Origin: Tubiluchus corallicola
Taxonomy: Eukaryota > Animalia > Priapulida
Assembly: GCA_030141605.1 (NCBI GenBank)
Contig: JAQGDQ010001066.1
Span: 1 to 64,000 of the forward strand
Reading direction: 5' to 3'
Length of the DNA stretch: 64,000 nucleotides
Shown here piece after piece: positions 54,801-64,000 of the stretch; position 1 is the stretch's first letter; each line of letters starts with the position of its first letter. Below the pieces are notes generated by a model, which was not told the origin of the DNA, ran no database searches, and was given only the letters and a program-made list of their open reading frames with translations. The position numbers and the translations under genes were made by a program.

Positions 54801-57371
54801 GATAATTGCGAGACATTTGACCCATGTTCTTCAAATCCATGTCAGAATGGTGCATCATGCACAAATATGCTGGACAAATACACGTGCTCTTGTGAAGAAG
54901 GATATGTTGGATATAATTGCGAGACATTTGACCCCTGTTCTTCAAATCCATGTCAAAGTGGTGGAACGTGCACAAATATGCAGGACAAATACACATGCTC
55001 TTGTGAAGAAGGATATGTTGGAGATAATTGCGAAACATTTGACCCCTGTTCATCAAATCCATGTCAGAGTGGTGGAACGTGCACAAATATGCAGAACAAA
55101 TACACATGCTCTTGTGAAGAAGGATATGTTGGAGATAATTGTGAAACATTTGACCCCTGTTCGTCAAATCCATGTCAGAGTGGTGGAACGTGCTCAAATC
55201 TGCTGGACAAATACACCTGTTCTTGTGAAGAAGGATATGTTGGAGATAATTGCGAGACATTTGACCCCTGTTCGTCAAATCCATGTCAGAGTGGTGGAAC
55301 ATGCACAAATATGCAGGACAAATACACATGCTCTTGTGAAGAAGGATATGTTGGAGATACTTGTGAAACATTTGACCCGTGTTCTTCAAATCCATGTGAA
55401 AGTGGTGGAACATGCACAAATATGCAGGACAAATACACATGCTCTTGTGAAGAAGGATATGTTGGAGATAAATGTGAAACATTTGACCCCTGTTTGTCAA
55501 ATCCATGTCAGAATGGTGGGTCATGCACAAATATGCTGGACAAATACACTTGCTCTTGTGAAGAAGGATATGTTGGATATAATTGCGAGACATTTGACCC
55601 CTGTTCTTCAAATCCATGTCAGAATGGTGCATCATGCACAAATATGCTGGACAAATACACGTGCTCTTGTGAAGAAGGATATGTTGGATATAATTGCGAG
55701 ACATTTGACCCCTGTTCTTCAAATCCATGTCAAAGTGGTGGAACGTGCACAAATATGCAGGACAAATACACATGCTCTTGTGAAGAAGGATATGTTGGAG
55801 ATAATTGCGAAACATTTGACCCCTGTTCATCAAATCCATGTCAGAGTGGTGGAACGTGCACAAATATGCAGAACAAATACACATGCTCTTGTGAAGAAGG
55901 ATATGTTGGAGATAATTGTGAAACATTTGACCCCTGTTCGTCAAATCCATGTCAGAGTGGTGGAACGTGCTCAAATCTGCTGGACAAATACACCTGTTCT
56001 TGTGAAGAAGGATATGTTGGAGATAATTGCGAGACATTTGACCCCTGTTCGTCAAATCCATGTCAGAGTGGTGGAACATGCACAAATATGCAGGACAAAT
56101 ACACATGCTCTTGTGAAGAAGGATATGTTGGAGATACTTGTGAAACATTTGACCCGTGTTCTTCAAATCCATGTGAAAGTGGTGGAACATGCACAAATAT
56201 GCAGGACAAATACACATGCTCTTGTGAAGAAGGATATGTTGGAGATAATTGTGAAACATTTGACCCCTGTTTGTCAAATCCATGTCAGAATGGTGGGTCA
56301 TGCACAAATATGCTGGACAAATACACTTGCTCTTGTGAAGAAGGATATGTTGGATATAATTGCGAGACATTTGACCCCTGTTCTTCAAACCCATGTCAGA
56401 ATGGTGGGTCATGCACAAATATGTCGGACAAATACACCTGCTCTTGTAAAGAAGGATATGTTGGATATAATTGCGAGATATTTGACCCCTGTTCTTCAAA
56501 TCCATGTCAGAATGGTGGAACATGCACAAATATGCTGGACAAATACGCGTGCTCTTGTGAAGAAGGATATTTTGGAGATAACTGTGAATCCTTTGACACC
56601 TGTTCTTCAAATCCATGCCAGAATGGCGGAACATGCACAAATATGACCAACTCGTATGCATGTTCTTGCGAAGAAGGATATGTTGGAGATAATTGTGAAA
56701 CGTTTGTTCCCTGTTCTTCAAATCCATGCCAGAACGGTGGAACATGCAATAATTTAAATGCGACAGAATCATATACGTGTTCATGTGCACAAGGATACCA
56801 AGGGGCCAACTGCAACATGTCTGACCCTTGTGCTTCATACCCATGTCTGTACAGTGGAACATGCACTAGTGAAGATAGCATTTACAGGTGTAAATGTCTC
56901 GAACAATTTTCTGGTGAAAATTGCAACATACTGTTTAAGGAAGGAATATGTCCCAGTAAGGAAAAAGTTAACAAAAGCAAATGTCTAACTGCGTCTTGTA
57001 GCAAGGATAATGACTGTGGTGGGATTGAAAAATGCTGTGAGTACGAATCTTGTGGCAAAATCTGCATTCTTCCATCAGATTATTTGCAAACCGACGACGA
57101 TACTCTCCAGAGGACTTCACTGGACACGGTTGGAATTCTTGCTGTCACTATGGCTTTTCTCTACGTAATTATTATATTGACTGGCTTAACCATTTTTCAT
57201 AAACAAAGAATGCAAAAACTTGCTGCTGTGGTATCGTCAACGTCAGTATCTGGTACGTATGAAGAGGAGGACAGCGAAGAAGAATCGCAAACAGGAGACG
57301 ATGATGAAGAGGAAGAATCAGATACAGACTATGAAAGCCTAGCTTTCCAAGATGTATTTGACAGCATATAA
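51852..57371 (+). CDS. Paralogue B: same architecture with 40 canonical EGF repeats (37 near-identical 111-bp units, 52593-56699), 1839 aa, uninterrupted ORF
   Basis: Intact 5.5-kb ORF; N- and C-terminal regions align to paralogue A; tail ends DTDYESLAFQDVFDSI. Confidence 0.88.
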   Translation: MKKLFASLFLLYLFKSTLSTRPWNIKYPNNFKVLYPYKAGNQNYREELLAQNVSIIAEPMQYNDNGSNSLLREVCVTKDPSDPKQAIFFGLRNMDLPCGNDDSVYIYSANLTSGKKGASANFCNKYVSWYQVSIKTSINYPTVCVTFERNEAATNPAVEVLIEVSHPPSSCAECGDNIAQCIYQYETNFPYYKCSCNRSVIQWIGPVCDDRRNPCFSIPCQNSGTCHNYYSAFNCTCPAGYVDELCSTFDPCSSTPCQNGGSCTNMPDKYTCSCEEGYVGYNCETFDPCSSNPCQSGGTCTNMPDKYTCSCEEGYVGYNCETFDPCSSNPCQSGGTCTNMQDKYTCSCEKGYVGYNCETFDPCSSNPCQSGGTCTNMQDKYTCSCEEGYVGDNCETFDPCSSNPCQSGGTCTNMLDKYTCSCEEGYVGDNCQTFDPCSSNPCQNGGSCTNMPDKYTCSCKKGYVGYNCETFDPCSSNPCQNGGSCTNMPDKYTCSCEEGYVGYNCETFDPCSSNPCQNGGSCTNMPNKYTCSCEEGYVGYNCETFDPCSSNPCQNGGSCTNMPDKYTCSCEEGYVGDNCETFDPCSSNPCQNGASCTNMLDKYTCSCEEGYVGYNCETFDPCSSNPCQSGGTCTNMQNKYICSCEEGYVGDNCETFDPCSSNPCQSGGTCTNMLDKYTCSCEEGYVGDNCETFDPCSSNPCQNGGSCTNMPDKYTCSCKKGYVGYNCETFDPCSSNPCQNGGSCTNMPDKYTCSCEEGYVGDNCEAFDPCSSNPCQSGGTCTNVLDKYTCSCEEGYVGDNCETFDPCSSNPCQSGGTCTNMLDKYTCSCEEGYVGDNCETFDPCSSNPCQNGGSCTNMSDKYTCSCEEGYVGYNCETFDPCSSNPCQNGGSCTNMPDKYTCSCQEGYVGYNCETFDPCSSNPCQSGGTCTNMQDKYTCSCEEGYVGDNCETFDPCSSTPCQSGGTCTNMLDKYTCSCEEGYIGDNCETFDPCSSNPCQNGASCTNMLDKYTCSCEEGYVGYNCETFDPCSSNPCQSGGTCTNMQDKYTCSCEEGYVGDNCETFDPCSSNPCQSGGTCTNMQNKYTCSCEEGYVGDNCETFDPCSSNPCQSGGTCSNLLDKYTCSCEEGYVGDNCETFDPCSSNPCQSGGTCTNMQDKYTCSCEEGYVGDTCETFDPCSSNPCESGGTCTNMQDKYTCSCEEGYVGDKCETFDPCLSNPCQNGGSCTNMLDKYTCSCEEGYVGYNCETFDPCSSNPCQNGASCTNMLDKYTCSCEEGYVGYNCETFDPCSSNPCQSGGTCTNMQDKYTCSCEEGYVGDNCETFDPCSSNPCQSGGTCTNMQNKYTCSCEEGYVGDNCETFDPCSSNPCQSGGTCSNLLDKYTCSCEEGYVGDNCETFDPCSSNPCQSGGTCTNMQDKYTCSCEEGYVGDTCETFDPCSSNPCESGGTCTNMQDKYTCSCEEGYVGDNCETFDPCLSNPCQNGGSCTNMLDKYTCSCEEGYVGYNCETFDPCSSNPCQNGGSCTNMSDKYTCSCKEGYVGYNCEIFDPCSSNPCQNGGTCTNMLDKYACSCEEGYFGDNCESFDTCSSNPCQNGGTCTNMTNSYACSCEEGYVGDNCETFVPCSSNPCQNGGTCNNLNATESYTCSCAQGYQGANCNMSDPCASYPCLYSGTCTSEDSIYRCKCLEQFSGENCNILFKEGICPSKEKVNKSKCLTASCSKDNDCGGIEKCCEYESCGKICILPSDYLQTDDDTLQRTSLDTVGILAVTMAFLYVIIILTGLTIFHKQRMQKLAAVVSSTSVSGTYEEEDSEEESQTGDDDEEEESDTDYESLAFQDVFDSI

Positions 57372-57656
57372 AACTGCAATCCAGACTAACAGACCTAACT
57401 GCTACACAAGGACCAGCTAAATTACACCTTAAAATTGCTTTACGCCGTTGTACATAACGCTCCTGCATACAATTACACAATGTACGAAAATATGTAAAAA
57501 TTCGGATTTAAAATAATTAGATTTAAACAAGATTAAATCAATGCTTTTGTTAAGTCACCTGGCTAAACCATGTAGCAGTTATCGCTTCAAGTGCAGCAAC
57601 TTATTTTGTCCTCAAAGGATGTTTGGTTCAAATTTTGAAACTTTTATAGCACGTAA

Positions 57657-58192
57657 AGGAAGACTGGACGATTGTTTAGTCTCAATCTCATTTTAATTTA
57701 CTGTCCAAAATATACATTATCTTGCCTATAAAGGTTAGCAATTGTTTCTTATATCTAAATAATTAGTTTGAAAAATTAATTAACGGCAACCGAACACAGC
57801 TATTGCTTACGTCAGAAACTAACAGCAGTTTGTGCAATGGCAGGTGTCTTCCTTGCGCGGCAAGCACATTTGTATAAGTGTTACAGCACTGTTTAAACGC
57901 ATGTTGTCACGAAAATGGGTCCTACGTCATATGACGTAAGAAACTAACACATCAGTTCATGACCATGCTTATCACGGTACCGTCTTATATTTGTCGGCCA
58001 CGCGAATGTGACAAAAGGGTACCGTTGCCAGTCTTAGTAGATTCAGTGAGCCGCAAGTCGCATTGAAAGTTTAACGAAATCTGAGTATAAATTTAAATCT
58101 AAGCTTTGATTTACATAAAGCTATTATAGTTTTTGATATTTTAGAGCATTCTTTATTTTGAACTAAAGTTTAGACAATCATCCGGTTTTGCC
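57657..58192 (-). mobile_element. Kolobok-like MITE, copy 3 (inverted)
   Basis: Begins AGGAAGACTGGACGATTGTTTAG; reverse complement of copies 1 and 2. Confidence 0.7.
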
Positions 58193-58348
58193 AAAGCGTT
58201 TTGACCCAATTAACCGACTGAATCTATAAGCAAACAGATGTAGCATATTATTACTATAAAAGTATTAGTCATTATTCATCCCAAACGTAATAAGGCTCTA
58301 TGTGAATTTGAGAAATTCCAATGTGCAATTATTTAAGAATATTAATTT

Positions 58349-58432
58349 AGGCGGTCACCCATACAAGTGCTAACCAGGCTCTAGGTTGCTTAACTTCGGT
58401 GATCAGACGAGAACCAGTGTTTTCAACGTGAT
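58349..58432 (-). pseudogene. Truncated 5S rRNA pseudogene or 5S-derived SINE head
   Basis: Minus strand ATCACGTTGAAAACACTGGTTCTCGTCTGATCACCGAAGTTAAGCAACCTAGAGCCTGGTTAGCACTTGTATGGGTGACCGCCT follows the metazoan 5S sequence with substitutions; both termini are missing or diverged. Confidence 0.85.
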
Positions 58433-58952
58433 AGACAACAATATAGATACAGCACGGTTTAACCACGATCTGATAGGCATGGAACAATTCTTTCTTTTGT
58501 CCTTCTTCTTCATCTTCTTTTTCTACTACTTCTTGCAACTGATGATAAATGATTTCTTGATCATTTTTCTGTCTTCTGTAATCAGGTGTCCGAAGCTTAT
58601 AAATGTTAAAACTTACTTTGCTTGTTCAATCTCTGTCATTATGCTCATTTTTTGGAGTAGGAGAACCTTGGATATTGCCTTGCATGATTTCAAACTCTCC
58701 ACGGCATTCCAAACAACAGCATAACAATATATTCCACGTTTTGACACAATGTAAATTTTAAATTGCACAATTTTGTTTGTAAATTCATATCTTAAATAGC
58801 GCAATTATCTAACTTTCTCTCTTGCAGAGCTCTATCACAAACATTGGCCATTTTAATGGCTGTTTTAAGTATTTTTTGTCCACTTTCATTAGTCAGCAGG
58901 AAAATGTGATTCATTTAAAATCAGGCTATCTCTAAAATAACTGACAGCAAAA

Positions 58953-61900
58953 ATGGAGGAAACATTAGTTCTGGTGCTTTTGCTTTATTCTTCCAGTAGG
59001 ATAAATACCAGTAGAGAATTGAATGTTAATGTTCCAAATAACGTTATTACAATGTATCCCTATAGAACTGACAGTCCACAAGTACGACCTGTTCAAAGCG
59101 TTTCTCTTATAGCTGATACACTGTTTTATAAAGACATTGATTCAAATTTGGTCTTGAGACAAGTATGTTTCATAAGTAACGTTAGTGACCCCGAGCAAAA
59201 GTTGTACTTTCGTTTGCGGAGTGCTGATCTTCCGTGTGATACCAACTATGTAAGCGTGTATTCGACGAGTTTTGCACCTTTCAAGAATGCAAGAAAAATG
59301 TGTAACAAGAGATGGTTTCCCATTGGACAATCTGAACTGTCAATGCCATGTTTGAACTTCAGAAGATATGGACTGCAATCAGGAACAAATCCTGTTTTTG
59401 AGCTGGCTGTGCAAGCCCAGCAACTCTCTAATACATGTGCTGATTGTAGAGAAAATTCTAGAGATTGTGTTCACAGACGTTAGGCACCATTTCCTTACGA
59501 CGACTGCAAATGCGAGAGAGACTCTATACAGTGTCGAGAAGTTTGTCTCTCATTGCCCTGTGAAGAGTCTGAAACGTGCAATAATTATTACGATGATTTC
59601 AATTGGCCCAGTTTCAGTGCAGCGAGTGGTCATTATTATAGTGATATGACCATTCCTTGTGCTTCAAAGCCATGTCAGAATGGTGGTTCATGCAAAAATT
59701 CAACTGACACATATATGTGCTCTTGTGCACAAGGGTATACAGGAACTAACTGTAACGTATTTGATCCTTGCTCTTCAAATCCATGTCAAAATGATGGAAC
59801 ATGTACAAATGTGACGAACTCATACACATGCTCTTGTGCACAAGGATATACAGGAACTAACTGTAACGTATTTGATCCTTGCTTTTCAAATCCATGTGAA
59901 AATGGTGGAACATGTACTAATGTGGCGAACTCATACACATGCTCTTGTGCACAAGGGTATACAGGTGTAATGGCCTAGGCATACAGGGGCAGACCATAGG
60001 TTCCAGTTAATGGTAGTCCCTGCTAAGTTCGATCAGTTCCTTGGCCGAGCTAGGGGTACTGACCGGCTGCCCACTAACGGAAACAGACAGTAGCTGAGCG
60101 TAGGCAGACTCTAGGGGGGTCTACCTAAATAGCATGAATTCTTTTGTGGTGTAATGGATTAAAAACAGGCTTTCCATCTATACCTCAAAAATCAAACTGT
60201 AACCAGTCGAATAAATGCCATAATATTAAGTTTAATGACACAAACAAAAACAGTTGTATAATTGAGCTTTTTGTAAACAATGGAAATTAGTAATAAGCAA
60301 AAGTAAGTCTGAAAACGCTACTAAACAGCATGGCATGAAAGAAATGCAATGACAAAACATACAAAAATCACACAGTGTTCCTAGCTATGCCGGACAAATA
60401 CACATGCTCTTGTGAAGAAGGACATGTTGGATATAATTGTGAGACATTTGACCCCTGTTCTTCAAATCCATGTCAGAATGGTGGATCATGCACAAATATG
60501 CAGGACAAATACACATGCTCTTGTGAAAAAGGATATGTTGGACATAATTGCGAGACATTTGACCCTTGCTTTTCAAATCCATGCCAGAACGGTGGAACAT
60601 GCAGTAACATGACGAACTCATACATATGATCTTGTGCACAAGGATATACAGGAACTAACTGTAACGTATTTCATCCTTGCTTTTCAAATCCATGTCAAAA
60701 TGGTGGAACATGCAATAATATGACGAACTCATACACATGCTCTTGTGCACAAGGATATACAGGAACTGACTGTAAGGTATTTGATCCTTGCTCTTCAAAT
60801 CCATGTCAAAATGGTGGAACATGCAATAATATGACGAACTCATAGACATGCTCTTGTGAACAAGGATATACAGGAACTAACTGTAACGTATTTGATCCTT
60901 GCTCTTCAAATCCGTGTCAGAATGGTGGAACATGCAATAATATGACGAACTCATACACATGCTCTTGTGAACAAGGATATACAGGAACTAACTGTAACAT
61001 TTGACCCCTGCTCTTCAAATCCATGTCAGAATGGTGGAACATGCAATAATTCAACTAACACATACACATGCTCTTGTGCACAAGGGTATACAGGAACTAA
61101 CTGTAACGTATTTGATCCTTGCTCTTCAAATCCATGACAAAATGGTGGAACCTGCAATAATATGACGAACTCATACACATGCTCTTGTGCACAAGGGTAT
61201 ACAGGAACTAACTGTAACGTATTTGATCCCTGCTCTTCAAATCCGTGTCAAAATGGTGGAACATGCAATAATATGACGAACTCATACACATGCTCTTGTG
61301 CACAAGGGTATACAGGAACTAACTGTAACGTATTTGATCCCTGCTCTTCAAATCCGTGTCAAAATGGTGGAACATGCAATAATATGACGAACTCATACAC
61401 GTGCTCTTGTGTACAAGGGTATACAGGAACTAACTGTAACGTATTTGATCCTTGCTCTTCAAATCCATGTCTGAATGATGGTTCATGCAAAAATTCAACT
61501 GACACATATATCTGCTCTTGTGCACAAGGATATATTGGAAGTAATTGTAACGTATTTCATCCTTGCTCTTCAAATCCATGTCAAAATGGTGGAACCTGCA
61601 ATAATATGACGAACTCATACACATGCTCTTGCGTAAAAGGATATACAGGAACTGACTGAAACGTATTTGATCCGTGCTCTTTAAATCCATGTCAAAATGA
61701 TGGAACCTGCAATAATATGACGAACTCATAGACATGCTCTTGTGCACAAGGATATACAGGAACTAACTGTAACGTATTTGATCCCTGCTCTTCAAATCCA
61801 TGTCTGAATGATGGTTCATGCAAAAATTCAACTGACACATATATCTGCTCTTGTGCACAAGGATATATTGGAAGTAATTGTAACGTATTTGATTCTTGCT

Positions 61901-62511
61901 CTTCTAATCCATGTCAGAATGGTGGAACGTGTATTAAAGCATATATGACTGAGGCATACATTTGTTCATATGTACAAGGATATCAAGGTACCAACTGCCA
62001 CTTATCTGACCCTTGTGCTTCTTTTTCATGTCTGTACAGTGGAACATGCACTAGTGAAGAGAGCATTTACAGGTGTAAATGTCTCGAACCATTTTCTGGT
62101 GAAAATTGCAAAATTCTGATTAAGGAAGGAGTATGTCCCAGTAAGGAGAAACTTGATAAAAGCAAATGTCTAACTGAGTCTTGTAGCAAGGATAACGATT
62201 GTGGTGGAATTGAAAAATGCTGTGAGTACGAATCTTGTGGCAAAATCTGCATTCGTCCATCAGGTTACTTAAAAGCTGATGGAAAAAACCCAAAAGGCAT
62301 CGCTGAACATATTTGGAATTTTGGCATCACTATGTCTTTTCTATACATTATTATTTTGTTAACAGGCTTAACTTTGATAACACTTCATATACTACCAATG
62401 CAAATACAACCTGCTGTGGTATCTTCAACGTAGTTAAATGAGGAAGAAGAGTCACAAAGTCACAAAGAAAACAGGAAGAGGAAGAATCAGACACAGACTA
62501 TGAATGGCTAG
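58953..62511 (+). pseudogene. Paralogue C: disrupted CUB-like/EGF/WAP/TM gene, about 19 EGF units
   Basis: In-frame stops (59481, 60627, 60843, 61135, 61657, 61729, 62431), frameshifts near 61000 and 62285, 420-bp insertion at 59966-60385; WAP/TM/DYEWL remnants at the 3' end. Confidence 0.85.
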
Positions 62512-64000
62512 ACGGTCGATCAGTAGACAACAAATAAAGAAAGAAAGTCCAGACTAACTTCACACAGGAACAGCTAAATTATTGCTGGAAACTTTTTTAC
62601 TCAGTTGTAGAAAATCCTACTGCAGGCAGTATACAATGCACATTACTGTCTGAACGGAAGTATGTAATATCCTAGATTAAATGACTAGATTGAATCAGCA
62701 ATTTTGCAATGTTATCTGACGAATGCACGTGCGCATGTGCAATGGCTTATTTCCTTGGCAAGGAGAATTTGGTTTAAAAGGGCAAGAAAAGGGGTACCTG
62801 AAGTAGGTTACAGAAAAATCGCCTTTAAAATTACATTACTTTGCAGTATTTTTATACGTACATCGTGTTTGTGTTGAAAGGAATTTTTTGTCTTCATTTT
62901 AAATCTCTTGCAATACTGTTCCAATACTACTCACTACGCCACGTAAATTAGGGGAATAAAAGGAAATATTAAATTACGTCCCAATATCTTTCCATGCAAA
63001 TCTATATTACTTAGCATTTCACTTATCTGCTGGAAAGACTTATGTAGCTAGACTAATAATTTAAAATGTTTGTGCCAATTGGTAAAATGTCGCTGACTCA
63101 CACTCCAGGGCGCGCCACTCATTAGTCAAAAAGGTATTTTAATCTTGATGAAAAGACACAGTACTTAGTTAGCAAGATGTGTGCTACGAACAGTCTGAAT
63201 ATTTTTTCATCCTTTACTTAATGTTATCAAAACTTGTTTCAAACGACCTACCATTAAAATGGCTGCACCTAACGGTCATCGCGGGAGTTTAAATTTACAC
63301 GTTTTATACATCGTTACATCGATGCAAACCATGCATACGAAAATGCAGTATGTAAGTGGTATATAATTTCTAGACGAATTTCTTAAGCTTCGTGTAAGTG
63401 CAGGGTTTTCTTGTGCGATTTTGAAACATGCAGCATTTTGATGTTTAGGATCTGCAGGATACATTTTTAGTTACATATTTCTTGTACATATAATCTGCAA
63501 GAAATGTGGAACCAAAATTCTGCCAACTGTTTAGTTTATGCAATCTTATTTTACAGTACTTGGACGCTATTGTAAAATTAATTCAAAACATCCTCTGGTT
63601 ACAAAGATAATCCAATTTTGACATACGAAAGCCAAGGCGTACAATTAGTTCTTATGCAACGTTTTAATAAATAACGGTAGTGATAGTCGCAATCAATAAG
63701 TATGAGGCAAACGATTGAGTTGTATCATAATGTTATCAACTGAACATAATAAATTTAGCTTGAGTTAAAATGTTTATTGCTAAATAAATTAGAACATTAT
63801 GGTATTAATTCCAGCTAGAAATAATTAAATACTACTTACAAAGTAGGAAACAATTTACTTTCATCAATAACTCTTACTCTGAAATTACAGATGTAAATTG
63901 TGGGCTGCCACAAGGATCTGCCCTTGGCCCTTTATTTTTCTTAATGTATATTAACGATATTTCTAATTGTTCCAATTTTCAAATCCGCCTATTTGCTTAC
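61929..64000 (+). repeat. Segmental duplicate of 43412-45479 (3' end of paralogue A plus downstream flank)
   Basis: Collinear near-identity from GTATTAAAGCATATATGACTGAGGC through the 3' UTR, dispersed repeat and LINE fragment to the window end. Confidence 0.93.

Noticed and set aside
52363-56862. Very long alternative-frame ORFs (1427 aa on +, 1144 aa on -) over paralogue B
   Set aside because: By-product of a 111-bp unit that lacks stops in those frames; they are essentially confined to the array and show no protein-like features.
51852-57371. Calling paralogue B Notch, Crumbs or fibropellin
   Set aside because: No LNR/ankyrin, laminin-G or avidin domains; it has WAP + TM + a short acidic tail instead.
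58349-58432. Functional 5S rRNA gene
   Set aside because: Truncated and mutated, no terminal helix or T-run terminator, not in an array.
59481-61731. Selenocysteine or read-through recoding of in-frame stops in paralogue C (some TGA at Cys positions)
   Set aside because: TAG stops, frameshifts and an insertion co-occur, which indicates ordinary pseudogenisation.

Overview
AT-rich, microsatellite- and transposon-rich DNA from an invertebrate animal; the species cannot be determined from the sequence. (1) 313-17608 (+): the last seven coding exons of a voltage-gated Na-channel alpha subunit of the Nav2 (DSC1/BSC1/NaCP60E) type. It has Glu at the DIII filter position, MLL in place of IFM, and one GC-AG intron. 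(2) Inside its 7.2-kb intron, on the opposite strand, is a three-exon gene that the ORF track splits into unrelated pieces. It splices cleanly into a 359-aa synaptotagmin-like protein with an N-terminal TM and a single Ca-independent-looking C2 domain. The same intron holds minimal hammerhead-like motifs, a deleted pogo-type transposon and RTE fragments. (3) About 18-42 kb is intergenic: satellites, MITEs, solo LTR-like repeats and fold-back inversions. (4) 42-64 kb is a tandem cluster of three paralogues with uninterrupted coding regions and the layout signal peptide-CUB-like-(EGF)n-WAP-TM-acidic tail ending in DYxxL. They carry 7 and 40 canonical EGF repeats, and the third is a chimeric pseudogene with about 19. 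A full-length RTE LINE lies between the first two; its 5' end folds into an HDV-like ribozyme that starts exactly at the TSD. All calls were made by eye; no database searches were run.
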